Shown here piece by piece: positions 8,643-17,483 of a stretch of DNA of 40,000 bases. A program made the position numbers and the translations under genes. Within the stretch, counting starts at the first letter, position 1. Each line of letters begins with the position of its first letter. This stretch comes from Bacillus sp. V59.32b (lineage in GTDB: Bacteria; Bacillota; Bacilli; Bacillales; DSM-1321): NCBI RefSeq assembly GCF_003429085.1, contig NZ_QVTC01000003.1, positions 19,173 to 59,172 on the forward strand, written 5' to 3'. Under the pieces are notes generated by a model, which saw only the letters and a program-made list of their open reading frames with translations, ran no database searches and was not told the DNA's origin.

Positions 8643-8715
8643 CGTAGATTCTCCTCAACTATTGTATTAGTAGTCTACTTGACCTTAAATTTTCTGTCTA
8701 GATAAGTGTAGCCGT

Positions 8716-9096
8716 TCCAGCATGTAGTCTTCAATGTCCCTGGTCGACATGCCTTTTGCATAAAGGCCTATAATTAGGTCTTCCAATCCATTCGATGTAG
8801 TTTCAATACTTCGTGATAATCTGTGGTTCAAATTTGCCTTTTCTGTCTCTCGGCAATTTTAACTCTGTATTTCCAAACTTGGTTTTAACTCTTTTTTGGC
8901 TATATCCATTTCGGTTGTTTCCGGAATGGTCACCTTCGTTATCATGCTTCTTGTAACCCAGGTGATCGTCAATTTCAGCTTCCAATACATGTTGAATGGT
9001 ATTTTTGAATAGATCCTTCAACTTTTCCTGAATGTCTTTCACTGTCCGACAATCTTTCGCTAATTCTTTCGCCAACCAGTTTGTTTCGTTTTGCAT
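8716..9096 (-). pseudogene. IS256-family (mutator-type) transposase, N-terminal fragment, frameshifted and truncated by the IS3 insertion
   Basis: 97-aa ORF 8803-9096 (…EAEIDDHLGYKKHD…NGYSQKRVKTKFGNTELKLPRDRKGKFEPQIITKY). It continues after a 1-nt frameshift as TTSNGLEDLIIGLYAKGMSTRDIEDYM, then family similarity stops at about 8715. RBS AAGGAG lies upstream. The element end is probably near 9190. Confidence 0.7.
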
Positions 9097-9626
9097 AAAT
9101 GATCATCTCCTTGATGGTAAATTTAACCATTCGCAAAACTTCTTACATCCTCCTGAAAGTATTAATATCTTTTTTATCAATGCTTTATAACCCAATAAAA
9201 TCTTCAGAATATTTCCAAATTATCTGCTCGAAAACTCCTCGATCATGAACGTCTTCTTCTCTAAAGTAAATGCAATCCTATTGCATTACACCCTTGAAAA
9301 TTGTATCCATTATCACTCGGTCTTCCAATTCCTCCCATACTTGGCAATGCGGTAGTATTTTTAATTTATCTTCCATAGTATTTGACGCTCCTTTCTTCTT
9401 AATCTTCCAAGGAATTAAAGATGGTTCCTGCTAGTACACAAGATAAAATGAATTATTAGAGATTTTAATCCAATAAGAAATCGAATAAGCAGCAATCAAC
9501 TTCGTCTCCAGATCGTTTTTTTTCGAAATGAAATAATCATTGTTTTCACTATATAAATATATTTTCTACATAGATTTAATTTGTGATAGGATATATTAGA
9601 ATGCTTTAAATAAGGTGGAGGTTTTT

Positions 9627-11666
9627 ATGCAAAAAAAAGTATTGGTTGTGACTTCATGTACGGGCGAAAAAGTCCATCAACCAACTAATGAGCTCCAATT
9701 AAATGATTTTAAAGACGTTAGTATGTTAAAAAAGCGCGAAGAAGAACTCGCTTCATATAAAACTACTGCTGGAGAAATGTACACCGGAAAGCAACACGTT
9801 GCTTTAATGGAGGGTGTGAAGAAATATCGAGATCATGGTGGCGATATTGATGTAGCCATTTTATCAGCTGGTTACGGCATGTTGAGAGAAAACGATGTAA
9901 TTGTTCCTTACGAAGTAACTTTTAATTCAATGAGTGGTGTTGAAATAAAATCGTGGTCTAAATATATATCTATATCCCAAAAGTTGGAGAAATGGATAAA
10001 AGATTATGATTTGATTTTTTTCCTCCTAGGTGATAAGTACTTACAAGCTATTGAATGGCCTTTGAAAACAACAGAGGGTCAAAAGTTATTTTTCTTTGCA
10101 GGTGATGCAAGTAAGCATAAAGTTCTAATAGCTCCAAATCATTATGTTATTGCTGCCCGTGAATTGGAAGCAAAAATATTTAGATCAGGCCTTATTGAAT
10201 TAAAAGGATTTCTATTCAACAAGCTTCTTAGTTATGGAATTGAAAATAATAATATGTGGGAATCTATAGCAGAGTATCCTGAACGAATTAGAGAATATTT
10301 ATTAAGTTTCTATAAGTTAGGCCAACAAATATCCATGTTTGAAGATGAAGAATTGGAGTCTAAATTATTGTCTTTTTATACAATTGCTGTCCCGTATGAA
10401 AAATTGGCAAGAAACTATGGTTCTGAATTCATGTTTTATATTCCTGAAAATGATGATCGTGTGGATCCTCGATATGATTTTATTGAAGACTATTCAGATC
10501 CACAAAGGGATAGGTTGGTAGACGATGTATATGCACATGAGTTACACCATCAACCTCAATATGATGGAATTCTAATTTCGAAGGTAAATGTAGATAAGGC
10601 GACGAAAAAGAAAACCAGTATGATTCATGAAATGGGTATACGTGAATTCTTAAGGCTTCCTGATAACTATTCAATAATGGGAGATTGTGGAGCATTTAGC
10701 TATATTGGCAAGGAGTTACCTCCATATAAAACTGAAGAAGTTCTTAATTATTATAGGGATTTGGAATTTAATTATGGAGTATCAGTAGATCATTTAATTG
10801 TTGGATCATTTGCCAAAGATGAAGCAGAAAGAATTCGCAGATATGAAATAACCTTAAACAATGCAGAAGATTTTATAACAAAATATAAACAGAATAAAGG
10901 TGAATTTCGTAGGAAGTTTACTCCAATTGGAGTAGCGCAAGGTTGGGATCCAATTTCATTCCGAAATGCAGTATCTGACTTGGTTAAAATGGGATATGAA
11001 TACGTTGCGCTAGGTGGACTTGCTAGAGAAAAATCCTATACGATAGTTGAAATTTTAAAGGCAATTGCTCCTGTGATTCCAAATAATAATTTTAGAATGC
11101 ACTTATTTGGTGTGGTACGTGACAACATGGAAGTAATGAAAACATTTCATAAACTAGGTGCTACTTCTTTTGACTCTGCATCTCCATTAAGGAGAGCGTG
11201 GTTGGGCTCGGAACATAATTATTATGGTAAGAATCAGCATTTTTCTGCAATTAGAATTCCTGAGGCAAAAGAAAATACTGGTCGAGTTAAAAAATTGATA
11301 TCAGAGCAAGGTGGAGCATTCTCTGAATATAAAGCACTCGAAATGAAAGCATTAGATTCTTTAAGAGCTTTTGACCGGGGAGATATGGATCTAGACACAA
11401 CCTTGGAAGCAATTTTAGCATATGATGAAAGACTTGGAGAAAAACGTGAAAGGCACGCTGATTTTTATCGCGAAGTATTAAAAGAAAAGCCATGGAAGCA
11501 ATGTGGTTGTAACATATGTACTGAAATTGGAATTGATGTGATGATTTTTAGAGGTAATAATCGTAATCGAAGAAGAGGTTTTCATAATACCCATGTTTTT
11601 TATGAGCAAGTTACCAACTTGAAAAAAGAAATAAAATCAGAACTTCTTGTGCCAAATTCTTACTAG
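9627..11666 (+). CDS. dpdA: DpdA/TGT-like DNA(?)-guanine transglycosylase fused to an unknown ~300-aa N-terminal domain
   Basis: The C-terminal half has the TGT/DpdA motifs GDCGAFSY (10680-10703), VSVDHL, IGVAQGW, ALGGLA, MHLFGV, SFDSASP, the Zn motif CGCNIC (11502-11519) and FRGNNRNRRRGFHN. The N-terminal domain has VVTSCTGEK...MYTGKQH...ILSAGYGML...VPYE. ATG 9627 follows the RBS AAGGTGGAGG; the track start, GTG 9615, lies inside that RBS. Confidence 0.8.
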   Translation: MQKKVLVVTSCTGEKVHQPTNELQLNDFKDVSMLKKREEELASYKTTAGEMYTGKQHVALMEGVKKYRDHGGDIDVAILSAGYGMLRENDVIVPYEVTFNSMSGVEIKSWSKYISISQKLEKWIKDYDLIFFLLGDKYLQAIEWPLKTTEGQKLFFFAGDASKHKVLIAPNHYVIAARELEAKIFRSGLIELKGFLFNKLLSYGIENNNMWESIAEYPERIREYLLSFYKLGQQISMFEDEELESKLLSFYTIAVPYEKLARNYGSEFMFYIPENDDRVDPRYDFIEDYSDPQRDRLVDDVYAHELHHQPQYDGILISKVNVDKATKKKTSMIHEMGIREFLRLPDNYSIMGDCGAFSYIGKELPPYKTEEVLNYYRDLEFNYGVSVDHLIVGSFAKDEAERIRRYEITLNNAEDFITKYKQNKGEFRRKFTPIGVAQGWDPISFRNAVSDLVKMGYEYVALGGLAREKSYTIVEILKAIAPVIPNNNFRMHLFGVVRDNMEVMKTFHKLGATSFDSASPLRRAWLGSEHNYYGKNQHFSAIRIPEAKENTGRVKKLISEQGGAFSEYKALEMKALDSLRAFDRGDMDLDTTLEAILAYDERLGEKRERHADFYREVLKEKPWKQCGCNICTEIGIDVMIFRGNNRNRRRGFHNTHVFYEQVTNLKKEIKSELLVPNSY

Positions 11667-11724
11667 AAAAATAATAAAGTTCCTTGTTTATATTGTGTAT
11701 CTAGAAAAATTAGACTGGTGTAAG

Positions 11725-11755
11725 GAAAGAGGTAACTCTCTTTCTTTTTTTTTTT
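11725..11755 (+). terminator. Rho-independent terminator after the dpdA-fusion gene
   Basis: Stem GAAAGAG (11725-11731) pairs with CTCTTTC (11738-11744), with a 6-nt loop, followed by an 11-T run. Confidence 0.7.
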
Positions 11756-11812
11756 AGGAATGATTTAATGTTTTTAAAGGTTTATAAATATACTTCAATT
11801 CGAGGTTAAGAG

Positions 11813-12631
11813 ATGGGTAATTTAAAAATCAATAACGTCAAGAAATTAAATCGCAGAGATAAAAATCATCTCTATCTCTATATTGCTTCCTCAAATGAAA
11901 TAAAAGAATGGAAATTAAAAAATGGAGACCCTTTTTTAGGGGGAGTCGATGGAGTTCTTTATTTAACCTGTCTTGATATAATGGAGTGTTTTTGCGTTAA
12001 TTCAAACCAATTATCTATAGAAATTACAGCTCCCTTATTAAGATCTGATATTGGTATAAATATTAATAATGACTTTTTAGTGGTTATTCAAAAGCAAAAT
12101 CTTCAAGACACGGTTAAAAGTATGTTTCAAAATGATTCATTACTCAATACATGGATTGAAATAAAGGGTTCCCGAGTTAGTAAAAATTCCCTAAAAGTTA
12201 TTACAATAAACTCATTAAAAAACATTATGAGTACACTTTTTAGTAATAATAGTATCTCTGAAACAGAGGAATTTACGACTTTTCTGCGGATTTATCTACA
12301 AGAATTTATCAAGGAGAACTCTATTTATTTTCCGTATAGTGTAAAACAAATGGTAGAAATTAAAGAAAGCACTGTCGTCCATAGTGTGAATACTTGGTAT
12401 ATTTTGATTAAGTATTTTAAAGAGCAATGGGAAAACTCATATGAACAGGGTATAAAGGCTCCAATATTTTTAAAAGAAATTACATATAAAAATTGGCAAG
12501 GTAATTTCTTCGATAGATCAAGTCCCTTCTGGCTAGAGTTCAACAAAGATTCTAAACGTCCTTTTTATCCTAGTAAAAGTAATCAAGAAATAATTTATAA
12601 AGCTTGGAAAGATCTAACCGAACCTTCTTAA
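11813..12631 (+). CDS. Hypothetical protein, monocistronic, between the two DpdA paralogs
   Basis: 272 aa with RBS GAGGT upstream of the ATG, bracketed by terminators on both sides. The N-terminal ~50 aa (…IKEWKLKNGDPFLGGVDGVLYLT) faintly resemble an AbrB/SpoVT-type swapped hairpin. No family recognised. Confidence 0.55.
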   Translation: MGNLKINNVKKLNRRDKNHLYLYIASSNEIKEWKLKNGDPFLGGVDGVLYLTCLDIMECFCVNSNQLSIEITAPLLRSDIGININNDFLVVIQKQNLQDTVKSMFQNDSLLNTWIEIKGSRVSKNSLKVITINSLKNIMSTLFSNNSISETEEFTTFLRIYLQEFIKENSIYFPYSVKQMVEIKESTVVHSVNTWYILIKYFKEQWENSYEQGIKAPIFLKEITYKNWQGNFFDRSSPFWLEFNKDSKRPFYPSKSNQEIIYKAWKDLTEPS

Positions 12632-12650
12632 AATAGAAGGTTTTTTCTTT
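12621..12650 (+). terminator. Rho-independent terminator overlapping the stop codon of the 272-aa gene
   Basis: AACCTTCT (12621-12628) pairs with AGAAGGTT (12635-12642). The loop contains the stop TAA and is followed by TTTTTCTTTT. Confidence 0.7.
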
Positions 12651-12683
12651 TATTTTTAGAAAAAAGTATATATAATTAATCTA

Positions 12684-12703
12684 TCACGTATCTTCACGTA
12701 TCT
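12684..12703 (+). repeat. Perfect tandem 10-bp direct repeat TCACGTATCT x2, upstream of the dpdA2 operon
   Basis: Read directly: 12684-12693 is identical to 12694-12703. The repeat lies between a TATAAT hexamer (12671-12676) and the RBS/start at 12712-12733. Possible operator. Confidence 0.5.
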
Positions 12704-12720
12704 AAAATATCAAAAAGGCG

Positions 12721-13620
12721 GTGTGTATTAATTTGGATTTTTATATCAGTTGGTCACACAGTGATGCAGTTTTTAGTGATTATTTTGATAGTTGTCCTAT
12801 GCTTATTTCTGCTATTCCTGATAATAAATATGCATTGAAGAAATTTAATAGAAGTCCGCAGAAAATTATAATAGATTCTGGTGCGTTTTATTATTCTAGG
12901 CAGAATGTAGCAAGAAAATTGAAAGACATTATGGATATTCAATGCTATATGATAGATGGGGCACCTAATGATGTACCAATTAAAATCGTGCATTTAGATG
13001 AACCTTTAACAGAAAAGAAAGCGCTTACAGAAAAATATAATTCAATTGAAAAAACGCTATTGAATGCATACGAGCATTTTAATTTATTTCAAATGGAAGG
13101 ATTTCCTCAAAATATTAGCATGATGGGTGTTATACAAGGGTTTGACTTTGCAAGTATTCAATTTTCTATACATGAACTAAAAAAGATGGGTTACACCTCA
13201 TTCGGTATAGGATCCTTATTAAAAAAATCAGCAAAGGATCAGATATCCATTATTAATTTTATTTCTGAAATTGTCGGATCTGAAAATCTTCATGTTTTTG
13301 GGGTTACTGGTATCCCCCAAATTAAAGAAATGGCAAAACTAAAAATCTCTTCATTTGATTCAAGTAGACCGACAATGGTAGCAGCTTATCATCAAATAAT
13401 CTATAGCAATCCTTTTAGAATTTTTTTAATTTCCGAATCCAATGTAACAAAAACGCAAAAAAGAATATCTAAACCCTTAAATTGCAACTGTCCTGTTTGT
13501 AATAATAAGCCTGAAGATATAATGAAAATTGATCATCGGAATTATACAAAACTTAGATCTATACATAATTATTATCATTTGATTGAAACAATTAAAGATA
13601 TTAAAAGAGAGGTATTATAA
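12721..13620 (+). CDS. dpdA: Second DpdA/TGT-like transglycosylase paralog (short form)
   Basis: 299 aa with IIIDSGAFYY (12871-12894), VHLDEP, MGVIQGF, FGIGSL, LHVFGV, SFDSSRP, the Zn motif CNCPVC (13483-13500) and HNYYH. The start is uncertain: GTG 12721, or TTG 12733 at better spacing from AAAGGCGG. Confidence 0.75.
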   Translation: MCINLDFYISWSHSDAVFSDYFDSCPMLISAIPDNKYALKKFNRSPQKIIIDSGAFYYSRQNVARKLKDIMDIQCYMIDGAPNDVPIKIVHLDEPLTEKKALTEKYNSIEKTLLNAYEHFNLFQMEGFPQNISMMGVIQGFDFASIQFSIHELKKMGYTSFGIGSLLKKSAKDQISIINFISEIVGSENLHVFGVTGIPQIKEMAKLKISSFDSSRPTMVAAYHQIIYSNPFRIFLISESNVTKTQKRISKPLNCNCPVCNNKPEDIMKIDHRNYTKLRSIHNYYHLIETIKDIKREVL

Positions 13621-14375
13621 TGTCATTATTTCAAATTTGTTATGGACCAGAAATCCAATCGATTTTTGAAGTAATCAATAAACAGCCCGGAATTAAATTT
13701 CAGGAGTTGGTAAAGAAATTTCAGTATGAAGAGAACGGTGATATAACTTCCTTAGTCGAAGCAGTAGGGAAATTTCTTGTAAATTTAGGATTCATTGAAA
13801 TTGATGAAAATAAAAGAATTTTCCCCTTAATAAAAAAATTTAGCAAACTTGAAACTTTAAAACGGTTGACAGAAATATCGAACAGTATAAAGGATCCTTC
13901 CGATCAAAATTATGTGTTTTCGTCGTTATACTATGAATTGTTTATACGTCATAATGAATTATATATAAAGAATTTGCATTACGAAACAAATTTACATTAT
14001 GAGAAGTGCGTCGTTAGTCATGAGAAAATCAATGCTTGGAAGAGAATAATGCAATACTTGGGTCTAGGATATAGAGTTTATGGGGGCTTTTATGCATTGC
14101 CGCATTTGGATTTAATAGTGGACATAATTCAGCTTCATCAAAATTGGGAAGGGCCATTTCAGGAATTCATTGAAAAAAATGTAGACCCAATTATACCGTG
14201 TGTTTTTAATGGGAACGCATACAATGGTGTTGTGTATGGATTAATAAATTTAAGTAGTACTGATTTAATAGAACTATCTAAAAAACAGGACCTACCATTC
14301 CATTCATATGGAGAAAGAAAAGAGTGGAACTGGATTAAAGTGGGGGGAGACGCTGATGATTCCGTGCATAACTAA
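13620..14375 (+). CDS. wHTH-like protein, paralog of the 273-aa protein at 23460
   Basis: 251 aa. The ATG overlaps the upstream stop (TAATG). It shares the motif INAWKRIMQYLGLGYRVYGGFYALP with INGWVTWANYFGLGHTMNGKFIVNP in the 273-aa protein, and has a similar N-terminal helical/wHTH-like region. Confidence 0.6.
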   Translation: MSLFQICYGPEIQSIFEVINKQPGIKFQELVKKFQYEENGDITSLVEAVGKFLVNLGFIEIDENKRIFPLIKKFSKLETLKRLTEISNSIKDPSDQNYVFSSLYYELFIRHNELYIKNLHYETNLHYEKCVVSHEKINAWKRIMQYLGLGYRVYGGFYALPHLDLIVDIIQLHQNWEGPFQEFIEKNVDPIIPCVFNGNAYNGVVYGLINLSSTDLIELSKKQDLPFHSYGERKEWNWIKVGGDADDSVHN

Positions 14376-17085
14376 AAGATCAATTAAACATCTCTATAAT
14401 ACTGCAGACGAACGTTATAATTTTTCGCATGAATTCTTTAGAAAGACTCATTTTCCTCAGTTATTAAATAGGTACTATAAAGATTCATTAATTGAAAAAG
14501 TTACTGAGGAGTCGTTATTAAATGAATTGGAAGACGATCATCCCTTCGGTAATAGAGTTTATATTATTTATGGTTCAACGGGTTCAGGGAAATCTGAATT
14601 GCTATGTTGGTTAAAAGACCAGTGGATTGTTAAAGGGAATAAGAGACCTATAATAAGGATATCTAGAAGTGAATTAAATCCCCAATTATTAATAAAAAAG
14701 TGTTATCAATCTTTAGAATTTGATCTACAAGACTTAATTATTGATGAAAACAAATGGCACCTTTTATTAAACAAACCGATAGCTATAATTACCCAATTAG
14801 TTTGGTCTGCCTTAGATGAAATTTTCGATAGAGATGAAGACATTGTTCCGACCGCTATGTTATTAAGACCTGTTATAGAAAAGAATGTTTTAGATTTTAC
14901 AAACCAGGTAAAGTCAGGGATTGTGAACTCACCTTTAGAGATCATTACAATAAAAGAATTTGAACAATTAATTGAAAATACAACTGTCCCTATTACAGTA
15001 GATTATTGGAAGTTTAGACATTCTTTATCTAAAAAGTTGGATGATTATTTATTTCAAGGAGTTGATATTCAAACAATCTTTAAAAATTTAACAGAACAAA
15101 TAAGTATTAGAGGAATAAGACCTGTTATTCTAATTGATGACCTGGTTCAATCAATGAATTTGTATGCGAGTGATATTTTAGACTTCTTTATAACATTAGA
15201 AGAAGGGAGATGGGATGTGGTAATAGGTTTAACCCCAGGGGTTTTGGATGGGAATGAGTCTGATATAGAGTTAAAAAATAGAATCAATAACCTCGATACA
15301 ATAGATGATCGAGTTAAAAAACTATGGCTTTCAGATGAATCAGGCAACTACTTTTATAGTTTAGATAAAGATAATGCAAAAGATTATTTATTAAATTATA
15401 TAAAAGCCTTAAAAGAGGCAAATGGATTTAAATGTTCACAGTCTTGTCAGCATGCTCAAAATTGCTCTAGTCTCTTAGGAAGTAAAACAAATTCTTTATT
15501 ACCACTAAATGAACCGTTGATAAATCGAATTTTTGATGGTTTACCAGCGGGAAAAGGTGTTTTACGTTATATGATAATGCACACTAGAGAAATATTATCT
15601 TTTCTTTTGGAAGGAAATAATAAAAATCCAACTAAAATTAAGAAGTACTTTTCCAGGGATGTGTATTCCGACCATGATGATGTAATTATTAAGCTTTTAG
15701 CTGAAATGTATGCAGATAGCTCACTAAGTGAATTTAAATTTTCCCTAGAGCTATTAAGGCATTTTAATAGGGAGAATGCTACTTCTTTAGTTAAAATAAA
15801 AAAATTAACTTATGATGTTCAGGATGAAAAACAAAATCAAATAAAATATAAAAAAGACAATGAGATTTTAGGACATATAAGAGATTGGGTAGAAGGTAAA
15901 AAAGTTAATAAACAATTATTAGAGCCGATCAGATTTGGTGTCGGTACTATATTAAATGAGATAACAAAAGGAACTTCGATCATGAAGGCAGATACGTCGA
16001 GAGTTATAAAATCAACATCCACTATACAAAAAACAGAAGTAATAAATAGATTAAGGTATCCAATTTCATTTGAAAAAAAGGATAACCAAATAACAATAGA
16101 AAAGAAAATTAATTTGTTGAACATAGCTGATTTCCAAAAACTAAAAATGCAAGATCGTCCTGATGCATTCGCAAAAGTTGCTAATGATTTAAATGTTTCT
16201 AAATGGACATTTGAAACAGAAAACCTTAAAAAAATTTGGATCAAAGAATTAGAAGAGAACTTAGGATATAATATGGAAAGTTTTGTTTTTTATTTTAAGA
16301 ATTTTATAAACAAAGTTAACGTAATTGCGGACTATAACTGGTCAGAAGATATAAAAAATCCTATTAAGACTGAATGGTTAGAAATAGCTGACTCTCTGTT
16401 TTTGGATTGGTTTTCCTTAAGAGATAACATAATTGATTATAATAAATTGAGGTGGGAAATGGTAGAAGACGAATCATTTGAACGCCATTTTCTTAATTTT
16501 AATCCTTCTAGATCGTTAAATAAATTTCATATAAAAAATTATCAAATGCAATCTTTTATTATTAAATTACAATTTGAAATTAAAAAATTTTTGAGTATAC
16601 TGGCACCCATTATCAAAGAAAAGATAAACGAAATTAATAAAGCTTTCACTTATTTAGCAAAAATTCCTGGCGATTTATTGGGAATCGTTCAAAAAATTAA
16701 CTTATTAAAGGAGAGTGAAATACTTTCCTTAGATACTATTCAAAAAATTGGAGAAGTTGTTAATTGGATTGAAAAAGAAGAAAATAAAGGTTATATAGTT
16801 TTTATCCAAAGTCAGCAGAAACATTCCAAAAATATCAGTAAAGTTTTATCATTAATTGAAGAAAATGATAATGAAATAGGGGAAATAAATAGTCTGCCTT
16901 TAATAAATGATTATTTAAAAGATAAGTTAAAACTTAGAAGGCAAGTTAGAAAACATCTTTTGAATTTAATTGAAAATGGAGAAACACAACTTCCAAAACA
17001 ACAGTGGAAAGGAATTATAAGAGATATTGAAGTTTTGAATCCCGAACTATTTAATCATTTAAATTTGAATCTTAAATTAAAGTAA
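14356..17085 (+). CDS. Large P-loop NTPase, paralog of the 1079-aa ATPase at 24287
   Basis: Walker A is GSTGSGKS (14572-14595) and Walker B-like is PVILIDDL. ATG 14356 follows the RBS GGGGGGAG and overlaps the upstream gene by 20 nt; the track start 14308 has no RBS. The region YIIYGSTGSGKSELLCWLKDQW..IIRISRS aligns with HVVKGDNGSGKSHLIRWIKEHY..VIFISRM in the paralog. Confidence 0.7.
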   Translation: MIPCITKRSIKHLYNTADERYNFSHEFFRKTHFPQLLNRYYKDSLIEKVTEESLLNELEDDHPFGNRVYIIYGSTGSGKSELLCWLKDQWIVKGNKRPIIRISRSELNPQLLIKKCYQSLEFDLQDLIIDENKWHLLLNKPIAIITQLVWSALDEIFDRDEDIVPTAMLLRPVIEKNVLDFTNQVKSGIVNSPLEIITIKEFEQLIENTTVPITVDYWKFRHSLSKKLDDYLFQGVDIQTIFKNLTEQISIRGIRPVILIDDLVQSMNLYASDILDFFITLEEGRWDVVIGLTPGVLDGNESDIELKNRINNLDTIDDRVKKLWLSDESGNYFYSLDKDNAKDYLLNYIKALKEANGFKCSQSCQHAQNCSSLLGSKTNSLLPLNEPLINRIFDGLPAGKGVLRYMIMHTREILSFLLEGNNKNPTKIKKYFSRDVYSDHDDVIIKLLAEMYADSSLSEFKFSLELLRHFNRENATSLVKIKKLTYDVQDEKQNQIKYKKDNEILGHIRDWVEGKKVNKQLLEPIRFGVGTILNEITKGTSIMKADTSRVIKSTSTIQKTEVINRLRYPISFEKKDNQITIEKKINLLNIADFQKLKMQDRPDAFAKVANDLNVSKWTFETENLKKIWIKELEENLGYNMESFVFYFKNFINKVNVIADYNWSEDIKNPIKTEWLEIADSLFLDWFSLRDNIIDYNKLRWEMVEDESFERHFLNFNPSRSLNKFHIKNYQMQSFIIKLQFEIKKFLSILAPIIKEKINEINKAFTYLAKIPGDLLGIVQKINLLKESEILSLDTIQKIGEVVNWIEKEENKGYIVFIQSQQKHSKNISKVLSLIEENDNEIGEINSLPLINDYLKDKLKLRRQVRKHLLNLIENGETQLPKQQWKGIIRDIEVLNPELFNHLNLNLKLK

Positions 17086-17483
17086 AATAGGATCACCATC
17101 TATTTTAAAAAAAGTTTCACTAATTCTGTTATCTTTTTCCATCTAAATATGTTAGCCCAATAAAAGATCGCTATTCACTTGGTAAGTGTTACCGGGTAGT
17201 ATTCGGTCTTTTTCTTGTCCTTTCTGTGTCTCTAAAGCATTCCCTACAGCACTTAATAAGGTGAAAATGCGAGGGATTCCGATGTTCTATGTCTGGATAA
17301 AGGGCGTCTCTTAGAGAAAACAAGTTAGAAACATATATATTCAGTGCCAAAACAAAAAATATAGAGTCATATGATGGCAGAAGCGTCCGAGTTGCAACAA
17401 AATATTTCTTATATATGATATATCTAAAAACTATTATATAATAGAAATATGTAATTATTTGTAACAAGGTGATGATCATAATT

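Larger units (their letters stand above)
7991..8715 (-). mobile_element. Decayed IS3-family (IS150-like) element with an internal deletion
   Basis: Contains a frameshifted orfA and an orfB lacking its DDE core. The outer limits are approximate. A TG...CA-type terminus is suggested at 7991 (minus strand reads ...GTGTTGACA). Confidence 0.65.

Noticed and set aside
9184-9375. A minus-strand small ORF with a good RBS (AAGGAG): MEDKLKILPHCQVWEELEDRVIMDTIFKGVMQ, then an in-frame TAG, then DCIYFREEDVHDRGVFEQIIWKYSEDFIGL. It ends at the presumed IS256 terminus.
   Set aside because: It is possibly a pseudogene remnant, but it is short, interrupted and without a recognisable family. That is not enough to call a feature.
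13971-14006. An imperfect tandem 18-nt duplication (AATTTGCATTACGAAACA / AATTTACATTATGAGAAG) encoding NLHYET-NLHYEK in the 251-aa protein.
   Set aside because: Only about 13 of 18 positions are identical. It is a minor in-frame duplication with no evident functional meaning.
17189-17479. The 96-aa minus-strand ORF in the 398-bp spacer before the SNF2 gene.
   Set aside because: It is opposite in orientation to the whole operon, with no RBS and a low-complexity I/Y/F-rich N-terminus. The spacer is more likely a promoter and junction region.
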